A DNA stretch of 63,849 nucleotides, filler included, from Ferroacidibacillus organovorans (GTDB taxonomy: Bacteria > Bacillota > Bacilli > Alicyclobacillales > SLC66), in assembly GCF_001642725.1 (NCBI RefSeq). It is 6 parts of 6 records of this genome, joined end to end, with 100 filler letters (N's around TTAATTAATTAA, not from the genome) between each part and the next. Parts side by side here need not be neighbours in the genome. Positions count along the whole stretch, not along the records: positions 1 to 13,090 come from NZ_LSUQ01000067.1; positions 13,191 to 24,381 come from NZ_LSUQ01000071.1; 4 more parts are not named here. The stretch is one strand, 5' to 3'. Positions 10,376 to 20,895 of the stretch are shown one piece after another; positions within the stretch are counted from its first letter, which is position 1, and the number at the start of each line of letters is the position of its first letter. The translations under genes were made by a program, and so were the position numbers. The notes under the pieces were generated by a model. The model was given only the letters and a program-made list of their open reading frames with translations, searched no databases and was not told where the DNA came from.

Positions 10376-11352
10376 GTGTGGGTGTGCTGTATCTTTGTGA
10401 AGTTTGAGGATATAGGGTGGGGGGTTCATCGGGGTGATTCCCTTTTCGAAATCAGCCGAATGAAGGGGATCTCCATTCACAGCATTGAGCAGTTGAACGG
10501 ACATAAAAGCGCGCTGCTTACACCGAACATGACGCTGTTGCTCCCAGCGCGCACAGCGGCTACACAGCATTCTGAAATCCATACGTTTGCAACCGTACAA
10601 GCGGGTGACACACTGTGGAAAATCGCCCATCAATACAGCGTTTCGGTGGAAACGCTGGCACTTTTAAACGGGATTGCAAGCCTCCGTGAGTTGCCTCTTG
10701 GAACGGTGCTTATGATCCCGCCAAAGAAGGATGTGTATTCGTCACCAAGTGGTTGGCCTGTCGAAAATTCAAAAATGACAGCCGTTCCATCTAGCACTTC
10801 GTTGCAAGCGTCCGCCGTATTGGAGAATGCGCAATCGAACACATGGAGAGTCACGGTGCGCAATTTGGATCTTCAAGGATAACCGATACCTGATGTGCCA
10901 TTACAACTGTCGTCGACATCGCAAGTGAACCAGACCGTGAACACTGACGCATCGGGCATTGCTGTTTTTACCTTTCAGGCACCACCGGGATCAGACGTTG
11001 CGATCTCAGATCCTCAACGCGGAGAAACGCGGAGTTTGACTCTGCGATTTCAATGAATAGCGCGACGGAAGTGCCGAAGACGATTGGAATTTTAGGGACA
11101 GAACTTTATGCACCCACTTTAGGCCTGCTCTATGTTCATGGGAGACCTACCCAGGTCGAAGTCGTGGTAAAAGATGCGGCGGGAAACCCAGTTCCATCGG
11201 GAACGCGAGTGACTATCTCGACGAACAACCCGAAGATTGCCGCGTTGGGTTCATCCAGGTCAGTTGTCAGGACACTCTATCTTAAGGCAACCTCTGAAAA
11301 AGTAACAACCACATATCCAGCCACTGTTTTTCCTTCTTCGTTTGCACTCTGA
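10376..11352 (+). pseudogene. Disrupted 2xLysM + Ig-like (Big_1-type) surface protein
   Basis: Two LysM repeats (VHRGDSLFEIS.., VQAGDTLWKIA..). In-frame TAA at 10880-10882 splits an Ig-like motif (DLQG*PIPDV...TDASGIAVF). A frame change at about 11053 leads into a second Ig-like motif (VKDAAGNPVPSGTRVTIS). No signal peptide. Confidence 0.65.
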
Positions 11353-11432
11353 AGGAGTGAATGCCTTCTGAGATACAATCACGTCGAAATACTACGCCGA
11401 CGTGGTACATAGATGTAATTAACGTGTAGTGA

Positions 11433-12668
11433 TCACATCATATGGATTGAACGTATGGGGGATACAGCGATCCAAATGACAGCGAACACAGACAAAATAG
11501 CACCAATATCCATTGCTTGAGGCACACCGATTCCCGTAGCAAGTAATCCCCCCACCATCGATCCTATTGGAATTGTACTCCAACTGATGAACCTCATCGT
11601 TGCCGATACTCTTCCTCTCATTGCGTCAGGTGTAATGTTCTGTCGAATACGTACAGCGTTTATTCCGTAGGACACGACGCCATACGATCGTAAAAGAAGT
11701 CCCAAGGTCATGAATAGGAGTGGAGCATACCACGACGCTATCGAAACGAATACAATGCCTACCCCTTGCAACATGGAAGAAACAATCACCGTAGTGCCCA
11801 GTGGCAACAACTTCAGAACGATAATTGATAGTGAAGCTGCAGCAATTAGTCCAATGTTTGAGATTGTAAAAATGATGCCGATCAATCCAGGTCCAAAATG
11901 TAATGTTCGTACAGCATATACCATCAAAATGCCTTCAATGAGCGACCAACCAAGATTGGATAATCCCGAAAATATTGCAAAGTGTTTTAAGAACTCATGA
12001 TGTAGTACAAAGTACATACCTTCTCTGACCTCGGATACCATGCTAGGTTTGGATGTATTGACATTTTCAGGCCATCCTTTTCTCATTTCCTTCACCCGAA
12101 GCGACAATAAAATAGCGGCGGAACACATGTAACTTATGCAATCAAAAATTACTGCAAAGGGCGCAGAAAGAATCAAAATGAGACCACCAGCAATGCTTGG
12201 GCCGACTATCTTTGCGGCGGATTGACTGAGCTCTAATGCGGCATTTCCGCTATGTAATTCGTCTTTTTGTATGATGGTTGGTAACAACGTCTCAGATGCC
12301 ACATCGAAAGACACTGAGAAACTGCCCACAGCAAATACCACGATATAGAGAAGCCAGATGGAACGCATGTCAAAATGAATAGCAACAGGTACAGACAATA
12401 GAATCATTGCGCGAAGAACATCACTTACAATGACAATGGGTCGGCGATTACATTTATCAACCCATGCGCCGATAAGTAGCGAAAACAATGCAAAGGGGAG
12501 AAAATCCAGTGCGTTCAGGACACTGACCTGAAATGCTGAAGAGTGTAGTATTGTGACCGCAATTAAAGGCAGAGCAATAAAAGAAATTTGTGTTCCAAGT
12601 TGACTAATTAAAGTCGCAGATAATAGTTTCATTAGATTATCATTTTTGAAAATGGAAAAATTGGACAA
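11433..12668 (-). CDS. MFS transporter (DHA3/macrolide-efflux-like)
   Basis: About 12 hydrophobic segments; motif A-like GAWVDKCNRR; ITPDAMRGRV; visibly more AT-rich than its neighbours. Confidence 0.88.
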   Translation of the reverse strand: MSNFSIFKNDNLMKLLSATLISQLGTQISFIALPLIAVTILHSSAFQVSVLNALDFLPFALFSLLIGAWVDKCNRRPIVIVSDVLRAMILLSVPVAIHFDMRSIWLLYIVVFAVGSFSVSFDVASETLLPTIIQKDELHSGNAALELSQSAAKIVGPSIAGGLILILSAPFAVIFDCISYMCSAAILLSLRVKEMRKGWPENVNTSKPSMVSEVREGMYFVLHHEFLKHFAIFSGLSNLGWSLIEGILMVYAVRTLHFGPGLIGIIFTISNIGLIAAASLSIIVLKLLPLGTTVIVSSMLQGVGIVFVSIASWYAPLLFMTLGLLLRSYGVVSYGINAVRIRQNITPDAMRGRVSATMRFISWSTIPIGSMVGGLLATGIGVPQAMDIGAILSVFAVIWIAVSPIRSIHMM

Positions 12669-12848
12669 ACTGCCCTCAACTCCCCAAAACCGCCGGTGAA
12701 GTGTGCAGCGAGCATAGACAATGAATCAATGAATTCTCCAAAGTTTCACTATCCAAGAAAGCAGTATTATCAAGATAATACACGAAAATTATGAAGCGCG
12801 TACGATTTACTACTTAAATTTATCTGTGATGGGGACTACAACTAAGTT

Positions 12849-13090
12849 GAGTCCGTATAATTGGTGTAAATTCAGTGGACGCACTGGGTGACATAATATG
12901 AAAAGTGCCATCTCGTCCCTCTTTGGTAGAATGAGTGTATCGAGCACAAATCTACTGGGAGGAATACGAGAATGGCACAGTACAACATTACCGTGGATGA
13001 CGAGATTCTGAAAGGGTTATTTTCTGGGGATAAGGGGATGTCCCAGTTGCTGGAGCAGGTTTTGAATCAAGTGCTTCATGCCCAAGCATC
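12849..13090 (+). mobile_element. IS256-family element, left end and transposase 5' end (ATG 12972), cut by the contig end
   Basis: Translation MAQYNITVDDEILKGLFSGDKGMSQLLEQVLNQVLHAQAS matches Firmicutes IS256 N-termini. Likely IR start GAGTCCGTATAATTGGTGTAAA. Confidence 0.8.
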
Positions 13091-13190
13091 NNNNNNNNNN
13101 NNNNNNNNNNNNNNNNNNNNNNNNNNNNNNNNNNTTAATTAATTAANNNNNNNNNNNNNNNNNNNNNNNNNNNNNNNNNNNNNNNNNNNN
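13091..13190. other. Artificial contig linker (N-TTAATTAATTAA-N)
   Basis: 100 nt with six-frame stop linker; five identical copies in the window. Confidence 0.99.
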
Positions 13191-13659
13191 ACTGGATACT
13201 GCCCGCAAGATATCCTGCAAGCGATGCCACATCCAAGGTTGGAAAAGGAACAAGCCTAACCCAAGCGGTAGTCGCGCTCGTACCGATTGGCGTCGATGTT
13301 GAGAGCGTGAAAACGCGAGACGCGCCAATCTGGTTTGCAACTTCCTGAGAGAGCGTCGCTGGCAATCCAATCAAGATTGCAGCACTCGGTTTTTTTGCAT
13401 ACACCGACTGCATAACGCTTTGTGGTGTCGCATGCGTGAGCATCGACTGAACCGTCACGCCACTTGGCGTCGTTTCCAGTGCCTCTTGAACAAGCGGTTC
13501 TGCGAGATACGCAGATGCGCCCCCAACTGTAACCGAAATTTTCGACACGGTTGGTCGCAGATCCGCCACATTAACAAATCCACACCCTGCCAGCGTCGAA
13601 CAAAGCATCAGGGAGACCATGTTGTACCATACGCGTTTCATGAATGATATACACACCAC
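13191..13659 (-). CDS. Lipoprotein (possibly BMP/periplasmic-binding-like), 3' truncated by the gap
   Basis: Lipobox LAGC; ASLAGYLAG motif. Confidence 0.55.
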
Positions 13660-13818
13660 TTTTAGAGCGAATCAATCGCATGACATTTTACCTTCATCCG
13701 TGCCATTGTACCATGTGAATTGCGCGTCACAAAATGGAGATCTGCGAAATTCGCTGCAAACTTCTTCGCAAAAATGCTTGCCGATCACACACAAAGTAAG
13801 CATAATCATAGATGAGGT

Positions 13819-14172
13819 GTGAATCCATTGAAGAATGAACATGATCATCGCTCTGTCGCGCAAGCATTCTATCAACTCAACTTTTATCTCCAGGCCATCG
13901 GCGTGTCATTTACAATCAAAGATCTCTACCGAGCGGCCTATCTCGAATCTCGCAAAGATCGCTACCAAGATGAGTGGTTGAATCATCTCGAAGAAGATCC
14001 GCACGTCCTTGAAAGCATGGAAGAGCCGTTTACGACACACTCCATCGCAGAAACACTGATTCGCACAGGGCATGAGCCGGTTTTGCGCGTCCTCATGAAA
14101 CGCGTTCACGAAGAGAACATCGGCTTTACCCAAGCGTACATTGTCGGCGCGCGCAAACGTCCGCAGTCTTAG
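13819..14172 (+). CDS. Hypothetical protein
   Basis: GAGG RBS before GTG; natural composition. Confidence 0.65.
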   Translation: MNPLKNEHDHRSVAQAFYQLNFYLQAIGVSFTIKDLYRAAYLESRKDRYQDEWLNHLEEDPHVLESMEEPFTTHSIAETLIRTGHEPVLRVLMKRVHEENIGFTQAYIVGARKRPQS

Positions 14173-14193
14173 TCTTCAAAGAGCTTCGCGTCA

Positions 14194-14877
14194 CTACGGT
14201 GCGCTGTATTGGGCAAACCCCTGCTCGCTGATCATCCCCGTGTCACGTTGATACGCCGTGAGCGCTGAGAGTGGCATGCGCGCCGCCGCGCCGCTTACGG
14301 GCACGGTGAGCGTGCGCGCCGCAAGATCTCCAAGACCTGCCGCCAATACGTAACGCCCATTCACTGCAAGTTCCAATTGAGCAAAATCCACACGATACGG
14401 TTCGCGGCGATAGGCAGCGAGTAAAAAACGCTCTGCGATGCCTTCTGCCGCGCGCTGATTCCCCACATAAGAAGGCAATGTGCCTGTGGCTGTAATGGAG
14501 AGACCGCCGTCCGCTTGACGCACGATGTACACATCCGTCAATTCGGGCACCGCAGCAGCGAGTGGGGCGATCACTTGATTCTGAATCGCCGTCGTAATGT
14601 TTTGGTGTAGCGCCGGTTGATCTATCGATCCGCCTTGTTGAAAAGACATGCGTGCACCTGCCGTCGCAGGTTTTACGGAGATGCCGAGAAATCTCCTGTT
14701 GAAGCTCTGTATCCCATTGAGTGATAACGCCAAAACCCAACCCCTGGTTTGCGGTACCGCGATAAGCGCCGCGCCACAGAGCAGGATTCCTATGAACGCA
14801 CGACGAGCGCGTTTTCGTCCCTGACGCTCACTCCCTCTGATCACGTCACAATCCCTCCGAACAACTTGTCCTTTCAA
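14194..14877 (-). CDS. Hypothetical membrane-anchored protein
   Basis: Basic N-terminus plus TM segment; co-oriented downstream of spoIIIE. Confidence 0.6.
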   Translation of the reverse strand: MKGQVVRRDCDVIRGSERQGRKRARRAFIGILLCGAALIAVPQTRGWVLALSLNGIQSFNRRFLGISVKPATAGARMSFQQGGSIDQPALHQNITTAIQNQVIAPLAAAVPELTDVYIVRQADGGLSITATGTLPSYVGNQRAAEGIAERFLLAAYRREPYRVDFAQLELAVNGRYVLAAGLGDLAARTLTVPVSGAAARMPLSALTAYQRDTGMISEQGFAQYSAP

Positions 14878-14939
14878 TCCTATGCAAAATACGTTCTACA
14901 CATGACAGCTTGACTCGATAGAGGGAGTGTTCCAAGCAA

Positions 14940-14967
14940 AAGGTGCGCGATTTTTATCGCGCACCTT
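14940..14967. terminator. Terminator hairpin after spoIIIE
   Basis: AAGGTGCGCGAT-TTTT-ATCGCGCACCTT. Confidence 0.7.
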
Positions 14968-14970
14968 AAA

Positions 14971-17610
14971 TTATCCTGCGTGATTCGCTTTACGCGCCTG
15001 CCACTCCTCTTTGCTTAGAAAAATCTCGCGCGGCTTGCTGTTCTCAAATGGCCCGATAATCCCCAATTCCTCAAGTGAATCAATCAAACGCGCGGCGCGC
15101 GAATAGCCAACCTTGAGTCGACGCTGTAAAAAGGAGACTGACGCTTGCTCCGACTCCACCACGACGCGCACAGCATCCTCAAACAGCGGATCAAGTTGGT
15201 CGAGATTGGATGTCACCTCTTCTGGCAAAGCGCTGAAGTCTTCTTGATACTCCGCCTCCTGCTGATTGCGCACAAAATCCACCAGCTTCTCCACTTCAGG
15301 CTCCGACAAAAACGCGCCTTGCATGCGCAGTGGTTTAGAGGCGCCAACCGGCAGATACAACATATCGCCGCGGCCAAGCAATTTTTCAGCACCACTGCCG
15401 TCAAGAATCGTCCGCGAATCCACACCTGAGGAGACAGAAAATGCGATCCGCGATGGAATATTGGCCTTGATAAGTCCCGTGATGACATCCACCGAGGGGC
15501 GCTGTGTTGCCACGACGAGGTGGATCCCTGACGCGCGCGCCATCTGCGCGAGCCGACAAATCGCGTCTTCTACATCGCCTGGCGCAACCATCATCAGATC
15601 CGCCAGTTCATCGATGATCACAACGATCAGTGGGATACGCGGTTTCCCTACACGTTCCGCGTAGTTATTGTAACGCTCCAGATCGCGCACCTTCGCTTTT
15701 GAGAACAAGTCATAGCGACGCTCCATTTCGACGATCACCTTGCGAAGCGCCGCCGCCGCGCGCCGCGCCTCCGTGACAACCGGCGCAAAGAGGTGGGGAA
15801 TGCCGTTGTAGACGCCCAGTTCTACCATTTTCGGATCGATCATGATGAATTTGACCTCATCCGGTTTGGCGCGAAACAGGATGCTTGCGATGATCCCATT
15901 GATACAGACGCTCTTTCCCGACCCGGTTGCTCCTGCTACCAGGACGTGCGGCATGCGTGCCAGATCGCCGATGATCGTCTGCCCTGCAATGTCTTTGCCA
16001 AGCGCGAAAGACAGGAGGCTTCCTGCCTGTGTAAACGCTTCGGTTTCTAGCACCTCGCGAAATGTTACCACGGCAATCTCTGAATTCGGAACTTCAATGC
16101 CGACTGCCGATTTGCCGGGAATCGGTGCTTCAATGCGAATATCCCGCGCCGCAAGCGCGAGCGCCAAGTCGTCTGAAAGACTGAGAATGCGTGAAACCTT
16201 GACACCACTCGCAGGTTGAATCTCGTATCGAGTCACTGCGGGTCCGCGGCTCGTGCCGAGCAACCGTACAGAAACACCAAAACTCTCAAATGTCTCTACC
16301 AGTTTCTTGGCCTGTCCTTGCAACTCTTTTTGCAGCGCGATCGAGTCTGATCGACGGTTGGCGGCGCGATCAAGCAGGCGCGGATCAGGCAAACGATACG
16401 GTTTGACCGGTGCGACCGACAGGGGCGCACCACTTCCCGGCTCGCCATCGATCTTCAGACTCGTTTGGTGAGCGAGCGGTGGATCATGGAGCACTCCCGG
16501 TTCCGGTTGCGCAATCCGTACAGTCAGGATCGATCGCTCTTCGTCAAGCGTCCATGCGTCCGTATGTTCCTCAGCGTCAGATCGCTCACCGCTCTGTTCA
16601 CGCACACCCCCGCGTTGCTCAGATATGGTCTGCGCGCGCGTTCCCTCTTCCTGAGATAGGTGACGGCTTTCATCGCCAGGTACGTCAAAAAACGCGTCAT
16701 AGACTCCATCCTGCGGAACATCGCGACCGAAATCCTGAAACGAGAACGATTCCGGATCATCCCGCCACTCATCAATCGGTTGCTCACGCTGCGACTCAAC
16801 GCGTTCCAAGCTCACTGGAAGCTCCGCGTGCGCACCGCGTGCGCGCTTCTTTGCCGCGCGCTTAGAACTTTGTTTCGTCTCACTCAAATCATCGGTTGCA
16901 GCGCCATCCTCCACGTCAGTCTCCCGTGCAGCGCGCGCCGCGCCCCGTCTCGGTTTAGCATTTTTTTGCGCAGACAGCGCACGCGCGAGTGCCGTGATCA
17001 TGCTCGTCCATCCGCGATCCACTCGGTTTTCAAGCGACCTTGACATGCGCTCAATCGTCTGTACCAGCGACCTGCGCGTCATCAAAACGAGCGCCGCAAG
17101 CACTGCGCCGACCATGACCAGGACCGTGCCTGCCACGGCAAACAAATAGCGAAGACCTGAAAAAATAGCGAAGCCAACCATCCCACCGCCTGCGTTCGCG
17201 GGAGGAAGCGGACCACTTGAAGTGAGGATTAGACTGTGAAGTGAGTCGCTAAGTGTCGTTATCCCGACTTGCGTCAGCCGCAAGAGATCCGGGTTTTTTC
17301 CATACATCGCCACGCCTTGCGTATAGAGGCTGAGTTCACTCCATGTAACGATCACCAAGAGGAGGATAAAAAGTCCCGTCTGAAATCCGGTGTAGCGAAA
17401 GCGAGCCCGTTTGACCATGATGATCAGCGCCATCCAGAGGATATAGAGCGGGATCATAAAATGCCAATTTCCGGCCAGCATGATGCAAAGATCGTCGAGC
17501 GCTTGACCGACTGCGCCGAGATCCCCAAGCGTTACAAAGCCGAGAACCAACAAGGTGAGTCCCAGCAACTCATAGCGAAGCACTCGTTTTGCGTGATCCA
17601 GTTTTGCCAT
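14971..17610 (-). CDS. spoIIIE: DNA translocase FtsK/SpoIIIE
   Basis: N-terminal TM region; GATGSGKS Walker [23 protein letters not shown]; gamma domain [14 protein letters not shown]; synteny with tepA-ylzJ. Confidence 0.96.
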   Translation of the reverse strand: MAKLDHAKRVLRYELLGLTLLVLGFVTLGDLGAVGQALDDLCIMLAGNWHFMIPLYILWMALIIMVKRARFRYTGFQTGLFILLLVIVTWSELSLYTQGVAMYGKNPDLLRLTQVGITTLSDSLHSLILTSSGPLPPANAGGGMVGFAIFSGLRYLFAVAGTVLVMVGAVLAALVLMTRRSLVQTIERMSRSLENRVDRGWTSMITALARALSAQKNAKPRRGAARAARETDVEDGAATDDLSETKQSSKRAAKKRARGAHAELPVSLERVESQREQPIDEWRDDPESFSFQDFGRDVPQDGVYDAFFDVPGDESRHLSQEEGTRAQTISEQRGGVREQSGERSDAEEHTDAWTLDEERSILTVRIAQPEPGVLHDPPLAHQTSLKIDGEPGSGAPLSVAPVKPYRLPDPRLLDRAANRRSDSIALQKELQGQAKKLVETFESFGVSVRLLGTSRGPAVTRYEIQPASGVKVSRILSLSDDLALALAARDIRIEAPIPGKSAVGIEVPNSEIAVVTFREVLETEAFTQAGSLLSFALGKDIAGQTIIGDLARMPHVLVAGATGSGKSVCINGIIASILFRAKPDEVKFIMIDPKMVELGVYNGIPHLFAPVVTEARRAAAALRKVIVEMERRYDLFSKAKVRDLERYNNYAERVGKPRIPLIVVIIDELADLMMVAPGDVEDAICRLAQMARASGIHLVVATQRPSVDVITGLIKANIPSRIAFSVSSGVDSRTILDGSGAEKLLGRGDMLYLPVGASKPLRMQGAFLSEPEVEKLVDFVRNQQEAEYQEDFSALPEEVTSNLDQLDPLFEDAVRVVVESEQASVSFLQRRLKVGYSRAARLIDSLEELGIIGPFENSKPREIFLSKEEWQARKANHAG

Positions 17611-17730
17611 ATCATTCCCCTTCGACCTACTTCTTTCGCGGGAGAGGTATAAAAATCCTGCCTGACGCTACCTGAATCATCGATTCCCGCGAAATGGTCT
17701 GCCGAATGCGGAGCAAATCCTTGCAATGCA

Positions 17731-18132
17731 TCAATACATCATACGCTCATCGTGATAATACTTGAATTCCAAAAGATTGTTTGACGGGTCGATCAAAAAA
17801 AACGTGAGGTGTTCCTCGATCCTTCCCGTAAACCGCGTCATCGGTTCCTGAAAAAAGGGGACGTTTCTCTGATACGCCAACTTGACAAGATTGTCATACT
17901 GCGCCTTTTCACGAAACGTCACGCCAAAATGACGAGGGTACATCTTGGGGTTCATGTCGACCCCGTCAGGATCGAGATGGCACACCACTTGATCACCAAA
18001 AAAATCGAGCGTGATGCGATCCGCATAGCGACGCGCCAGTTTGCAGCCGAGCTTTGTCACATAAAAATCGTACGTTTCATCCAGGTCTTTGCAAGGAATC
18101 GCTAGGTGAAACACATTCTGACTGTCTCTCAC
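17731..18132 (-). CDS. VOC/glyoxalase-family protein (extradiol dioxygenase-like)
   Basis: FHLAIP..DL, DFFGDQVVCH, PRHFG, DPSNNLLEFK. Confidence 0.88.
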   Translation of the reverse strand: MRDSQNVFHLAIPCKDLDETYDFYVTKLGCKLARRYADRITLDFFGDQVVCHLDPDGVDMNPKMYPRHFGVTFREKAQYDNLVKLAYQRNVPFFQEPMTRFTGRIEEHLTFFLIDPSNNLLEFKYYHDERMMY

Positions 18133-18911
18133 GCGTCATTCTCCTCAAAAAGCATCAATGTGTCGGACCTTAGTCCCATCCGCAGTGTCTCCAGTGGAAT
18201 CGGATCGTGAAACGAGATGTTCGCCAAGTTCACTTCCGGACCCAGGCGCGAGATAAAATACGTCTGTAGCGTTTTATTCGGTGCCTCGTAGACCATGAAC
18301 TTAGGATCCACCGCATCGAAAATTTCTTCCATCAAACCAAAACGCAGCTCGCCGTCAGGGCGGACGATGCCAGCCGTTCCCGTTTCACGCGCTTCCGTGA
18401 TCACCTTCCACGCACCCGCTTCAAGGTCCTCCCGAATATATTCAATCCATTTGGCTGGACGGAGATTGATCGATTTTTCCGTGTCCTTGTAACCCACCTC
18501 CGAAAAAACGCGAAAGTTTTGCGCAAATTCCCGAATCCACGACGCTTTTTCTCGATTAGAGAGCCCGACTGTGCCATTGGAGATCTCCACATAGTGACAG
18601 CCAACAGACTGGCAGAACAATTGATAGTCATCCAATTGATGCTGCATATAATATTTTTCAAAAAGTGTTCCACCAAAGAAAAAATCGATCTGATGCTCAC
18701 GTAAACAATGAATTTTCATTTCTAAGTCACGCGTAACAAGCGATGTGCCCCACCCAAACTTCACAAAGTCAATCAGGTGTCCCATACTCTGCATGACATC
18801 TTGAAAATACTGGGTAGGCACTCCATTGTCAATAACGATCGTGAGACCATTCTCGCGCGGTTTGGCGCTTCGCGTCGGAAGTCGGAGCGCAGTAGCATAG
18901 TTCAAGGTCAT
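18129..18911 (-). CDS. comA: Phosphosulfolactate synthase
   Basis: KPRENGLTIVID, IDFVKFGWGT, GGTLFE, VEISNG, ITEARE, LETLRMGLRSDT. Confidence 0.93.
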   Translation of the reverse strand: MTLNYATALRLPTRSAKPRENGLTIVIDNGVPTQYFQDVMQSMGHLIDFVKFGWGTSLVTRDLEMKIHCLREHQIDFFFGGTLFEKYYMQHQLDDYQLFCQSVGCHYVEISNGTVGLSNREKASWIREFAQNFRVFSEVGYKDTEKSINLRPAKWIEYIREDLEAGAWKVITEARETGTAGIVRPDGELRFGLMEEIFDAVDPKFMVYEAPNKTLQTYFISRLGPEVNLANISFHDPIPLETLRMGLRSDTLMLFEENDA

Positions 18912-19600
18912 ACGTCCACCCTTTCAACGACAGGAATTCCCGCTCGACTCGTGACGCGCATGACAAACGGGCAGGGGATTTCACGCGCGCACCACTCCAT
19001 GTCCTTTTCATCAAACTCAGGACGAGTTTGATCATAAAACTTCTGCGCCACCACCGATGAGCGAATGCGCGTTGCCACTGTTTCCGCAGAGAGGGGAGTC
19101 GTTGACGCGAGGATGCTCTCGATGTACTCGGCGCACGCGAGATCGTCGTCGCTTGTCGGATGCGATGCGATGAGCCGAATGCGTGAGCATTCAAGCGATG
19201 GCGCTATGCTTTGCACAAAGCTCGCCGTTTGTTTCGCATTGCTAAACCCGGTTACCAAAACATGCTCTGCCGCAAGCGCCTGCACGGCCGCCTTGACACC
19301 GTTTGTTGTCATTTGAATGATGCTTCGTCCCGCAACATCTGCCGCGGCCATGCCCGCCGGAGAGTTGTCAAGGTCAAAACCAGGGACGGCAAGGCCAGCG
19401 ATTTCCCCCGCCAAAAGCGCGTCAGACCTTCTTTCGCGAAGCGCAAACGCCTGCTCTTTATCGCGCGCGAGCACAATCTCTTTGGCTCCGCCTATAAACG
19501 CTACCTGTGCCACAGTAAACGCGCGGATCACATCGATGACGACATGAACGCCAGCGGCTGGCGCGTATGGCCCATTTCCTTGTACTATCTCAATGTTCAT
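18908..19600 (-). CDS. comB: 2-phosphosulfolactate phosphatase
   Basis: VVIDVIRAFT, LAGE, FDLDNSP, TTNGV, DDLACA. Confidence 0.92.
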   Translation of the reverse strand: MNIEIVQGNGPYAPAAGVHVVIDVIRAFTVAQVAFIGGAKEIVLARDKEQAFALRERRSDALLAGEIAGLAVPGFDLDNSPAGMAAADVAGRSIIQMTTNGVKAAVQALAAEHVLVTGFSNAKQTASFVQSIAPSLECSRIRLIASHPTSDDDLACAEYIESILASTTPLSAETVATRIRSSVVAQKFYDQTRPEFDEKDMEWCAREIPCPFVMRVTSRAGIPVVERVDV

Positions 19601-19679
19601 GTATTCCCAACCTTCAAGAAGAACGGTTCTATGATTCGTATGAATGGATCATAGCGGTCTTTTCTTAAAGTCATCTTGA

Positions 19680-19715
19680 AAAAAAATCCTTCGCTGCCTT
19701 CGCGAAGGATTTTTT
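19680..19715. terminator. Bidirectional terminator after ylzJ
   Basis: AAAAAATCCTTCGC-loop-GCGAAGGATTTTTT. Confidence 0.75.
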
Positions 19716-19722
19716 GCGTTGC

Positions 19723-19968
19723 TCATGATGATCCGATCGAAGTCTGTGGAATCTCCGTGGCAATGACGTTTCCCGGCTGCCACTCCGCTTTCAGGTAGTC
19801 AGCAGCATGCGGTGAAATCAATCGATGAATCTTCGCTGAACCTGGCCCCAGCGGCTCCACCAACATCGTGACACCCTGATGAGTAATCGTCGCAAGCGGT
19901 TTTACGTGTTGTGGATCGCCATATCCCTCATACACATCTTCAGCTGAAACGATCGACCACAGAATCAT
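19723..19968 (-). CDS. ylzJ: YlzJ-like protein
   Basis: MILWSIV..E.V; RLISP...DYL...QPG; follows tepA. Confidence 0.85.
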   Translation of the reverse strand: MILWSIVSAEDVYEGYGDPQHVKPLATITHQGVTMLVEPLGPGSAKIHRLISPHAADYLKAEWQPGNVIATEIPQTSIGSS

Positions 19969-20732
19969 TGGGTCATCCCCACTCCCGTGCGCATCGAGCG
20001 ATACTCACTGATTAGTTGACGAAGTTTCCCCATCGCGATGCCGAGCCCGCCGATTTCATTAATTAATCCGTACTGTACCGCGTCTGGCCCGACAACCGTT
20101 GTGCCTATGTCGCGCGCGAGTTCTCCCGTGCGCAACATTAACTCACGCAGTGTTCCTTCCGTGATGCGCGAATGGGTCGTGATAAAACGGGTCACACGCT
20201 CCTGCATTTTTTCCAAATATTCAAAGCTTTGCGGGACGCCGATCACCAGTCCGTTTAGTCGGATGGGATGGATGGTCATTGTAGCCGTCTCTGCGATAAA
20301 CGAGTAGTCACTCGCCACCGCAATCGGCACGCCAATCGAATGTCCGCCGCCTAAAACGAGGGTAACTTTGGGTTTTGATAGCGACGAGATCATCTCGGCA
20401 ATCGCGAGTCCCGCCTCCACGTCGCCGCCCACGGTATTCAAAATGATCAAGACACCCTCAATGCGATCACTCTGTTCCGCCGCCACCAACTGCGGGATGA
20501 TATGTTCATATTTGGTCGTCTTATTCTGCGGTGGAAGCACCATATGGCCTTCCACCTGTCCGACAATCGTCAAACAATAAATGTTCGACTCATCCGATAC
20601 GGGATTGGTCTGTCCCAATCGCTCAATATTATCCGCAACCGTTCCGTCTTTCATCGTGTGGAGCGGTGAATCGCCGTTTGGGTGTTCTGAGAAATCTGGT
20701 TCCATCGGGTGTGGCGGTGTTTCCTGGTACAC
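19965..20732 (-). CDS. tepA: ClpP-family translocation-enhancing protein TepA
   Basis: [38 protein letters not shown]. Confidence 0.93.
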   Translation of the reverse strand: MYQETPPHPMEPDFSEHPNGDSPLHTMKDGTVADNIERLGQTNPVSDESNIYCLTIVGQVEGHMVLPPQNKTTKYEHIIPQLVAAEQSDRIEGVLIILNTVGGDVEAGLAIAEMISSLSKPKVTLVLGGGHSIGVPIAVASDYSFIAETATMTIHPIRLNGLVIGVPQSFEYLEKMQERVTRFITTHSRITEGTLRELMLRTGELARDIGTTVVGPDAVQYGLINEIGGLGIAMGKLRQLISEYRSMRTGVGMTQ

Positions 20733-20848
20733 TTCGGCTCACTCCTCGCAAAATCCGTCGCCATCCGCACAGCGTCGCTGTTATGCGACCTCTCCCTAGT
20801 ATGGCTCGAATGACCGCCTCTATCCTGCATCACCTGATTTGCCCATAG

Positions 20849-20878
20849 AAAAAGGGGATCTGCGTGAGATCCCCTTTT
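20849..20878. terminator. Terminator after rnj
   Basis: AAAAGGGGATCT-GCGTG-AGATCCCCTTTT. Confidence 0.75.
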
Positions 20879-20895
20879 CCGTCCCTACCCGACAG

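Noticed and set aside
10878..10890. GGA-TAA in the LysM gene as another recoding site
   Set aside because: No hairpin or matched landing codon; the frame simply continues after the stop and other lesions exist, consistent with a nonsense mutation.
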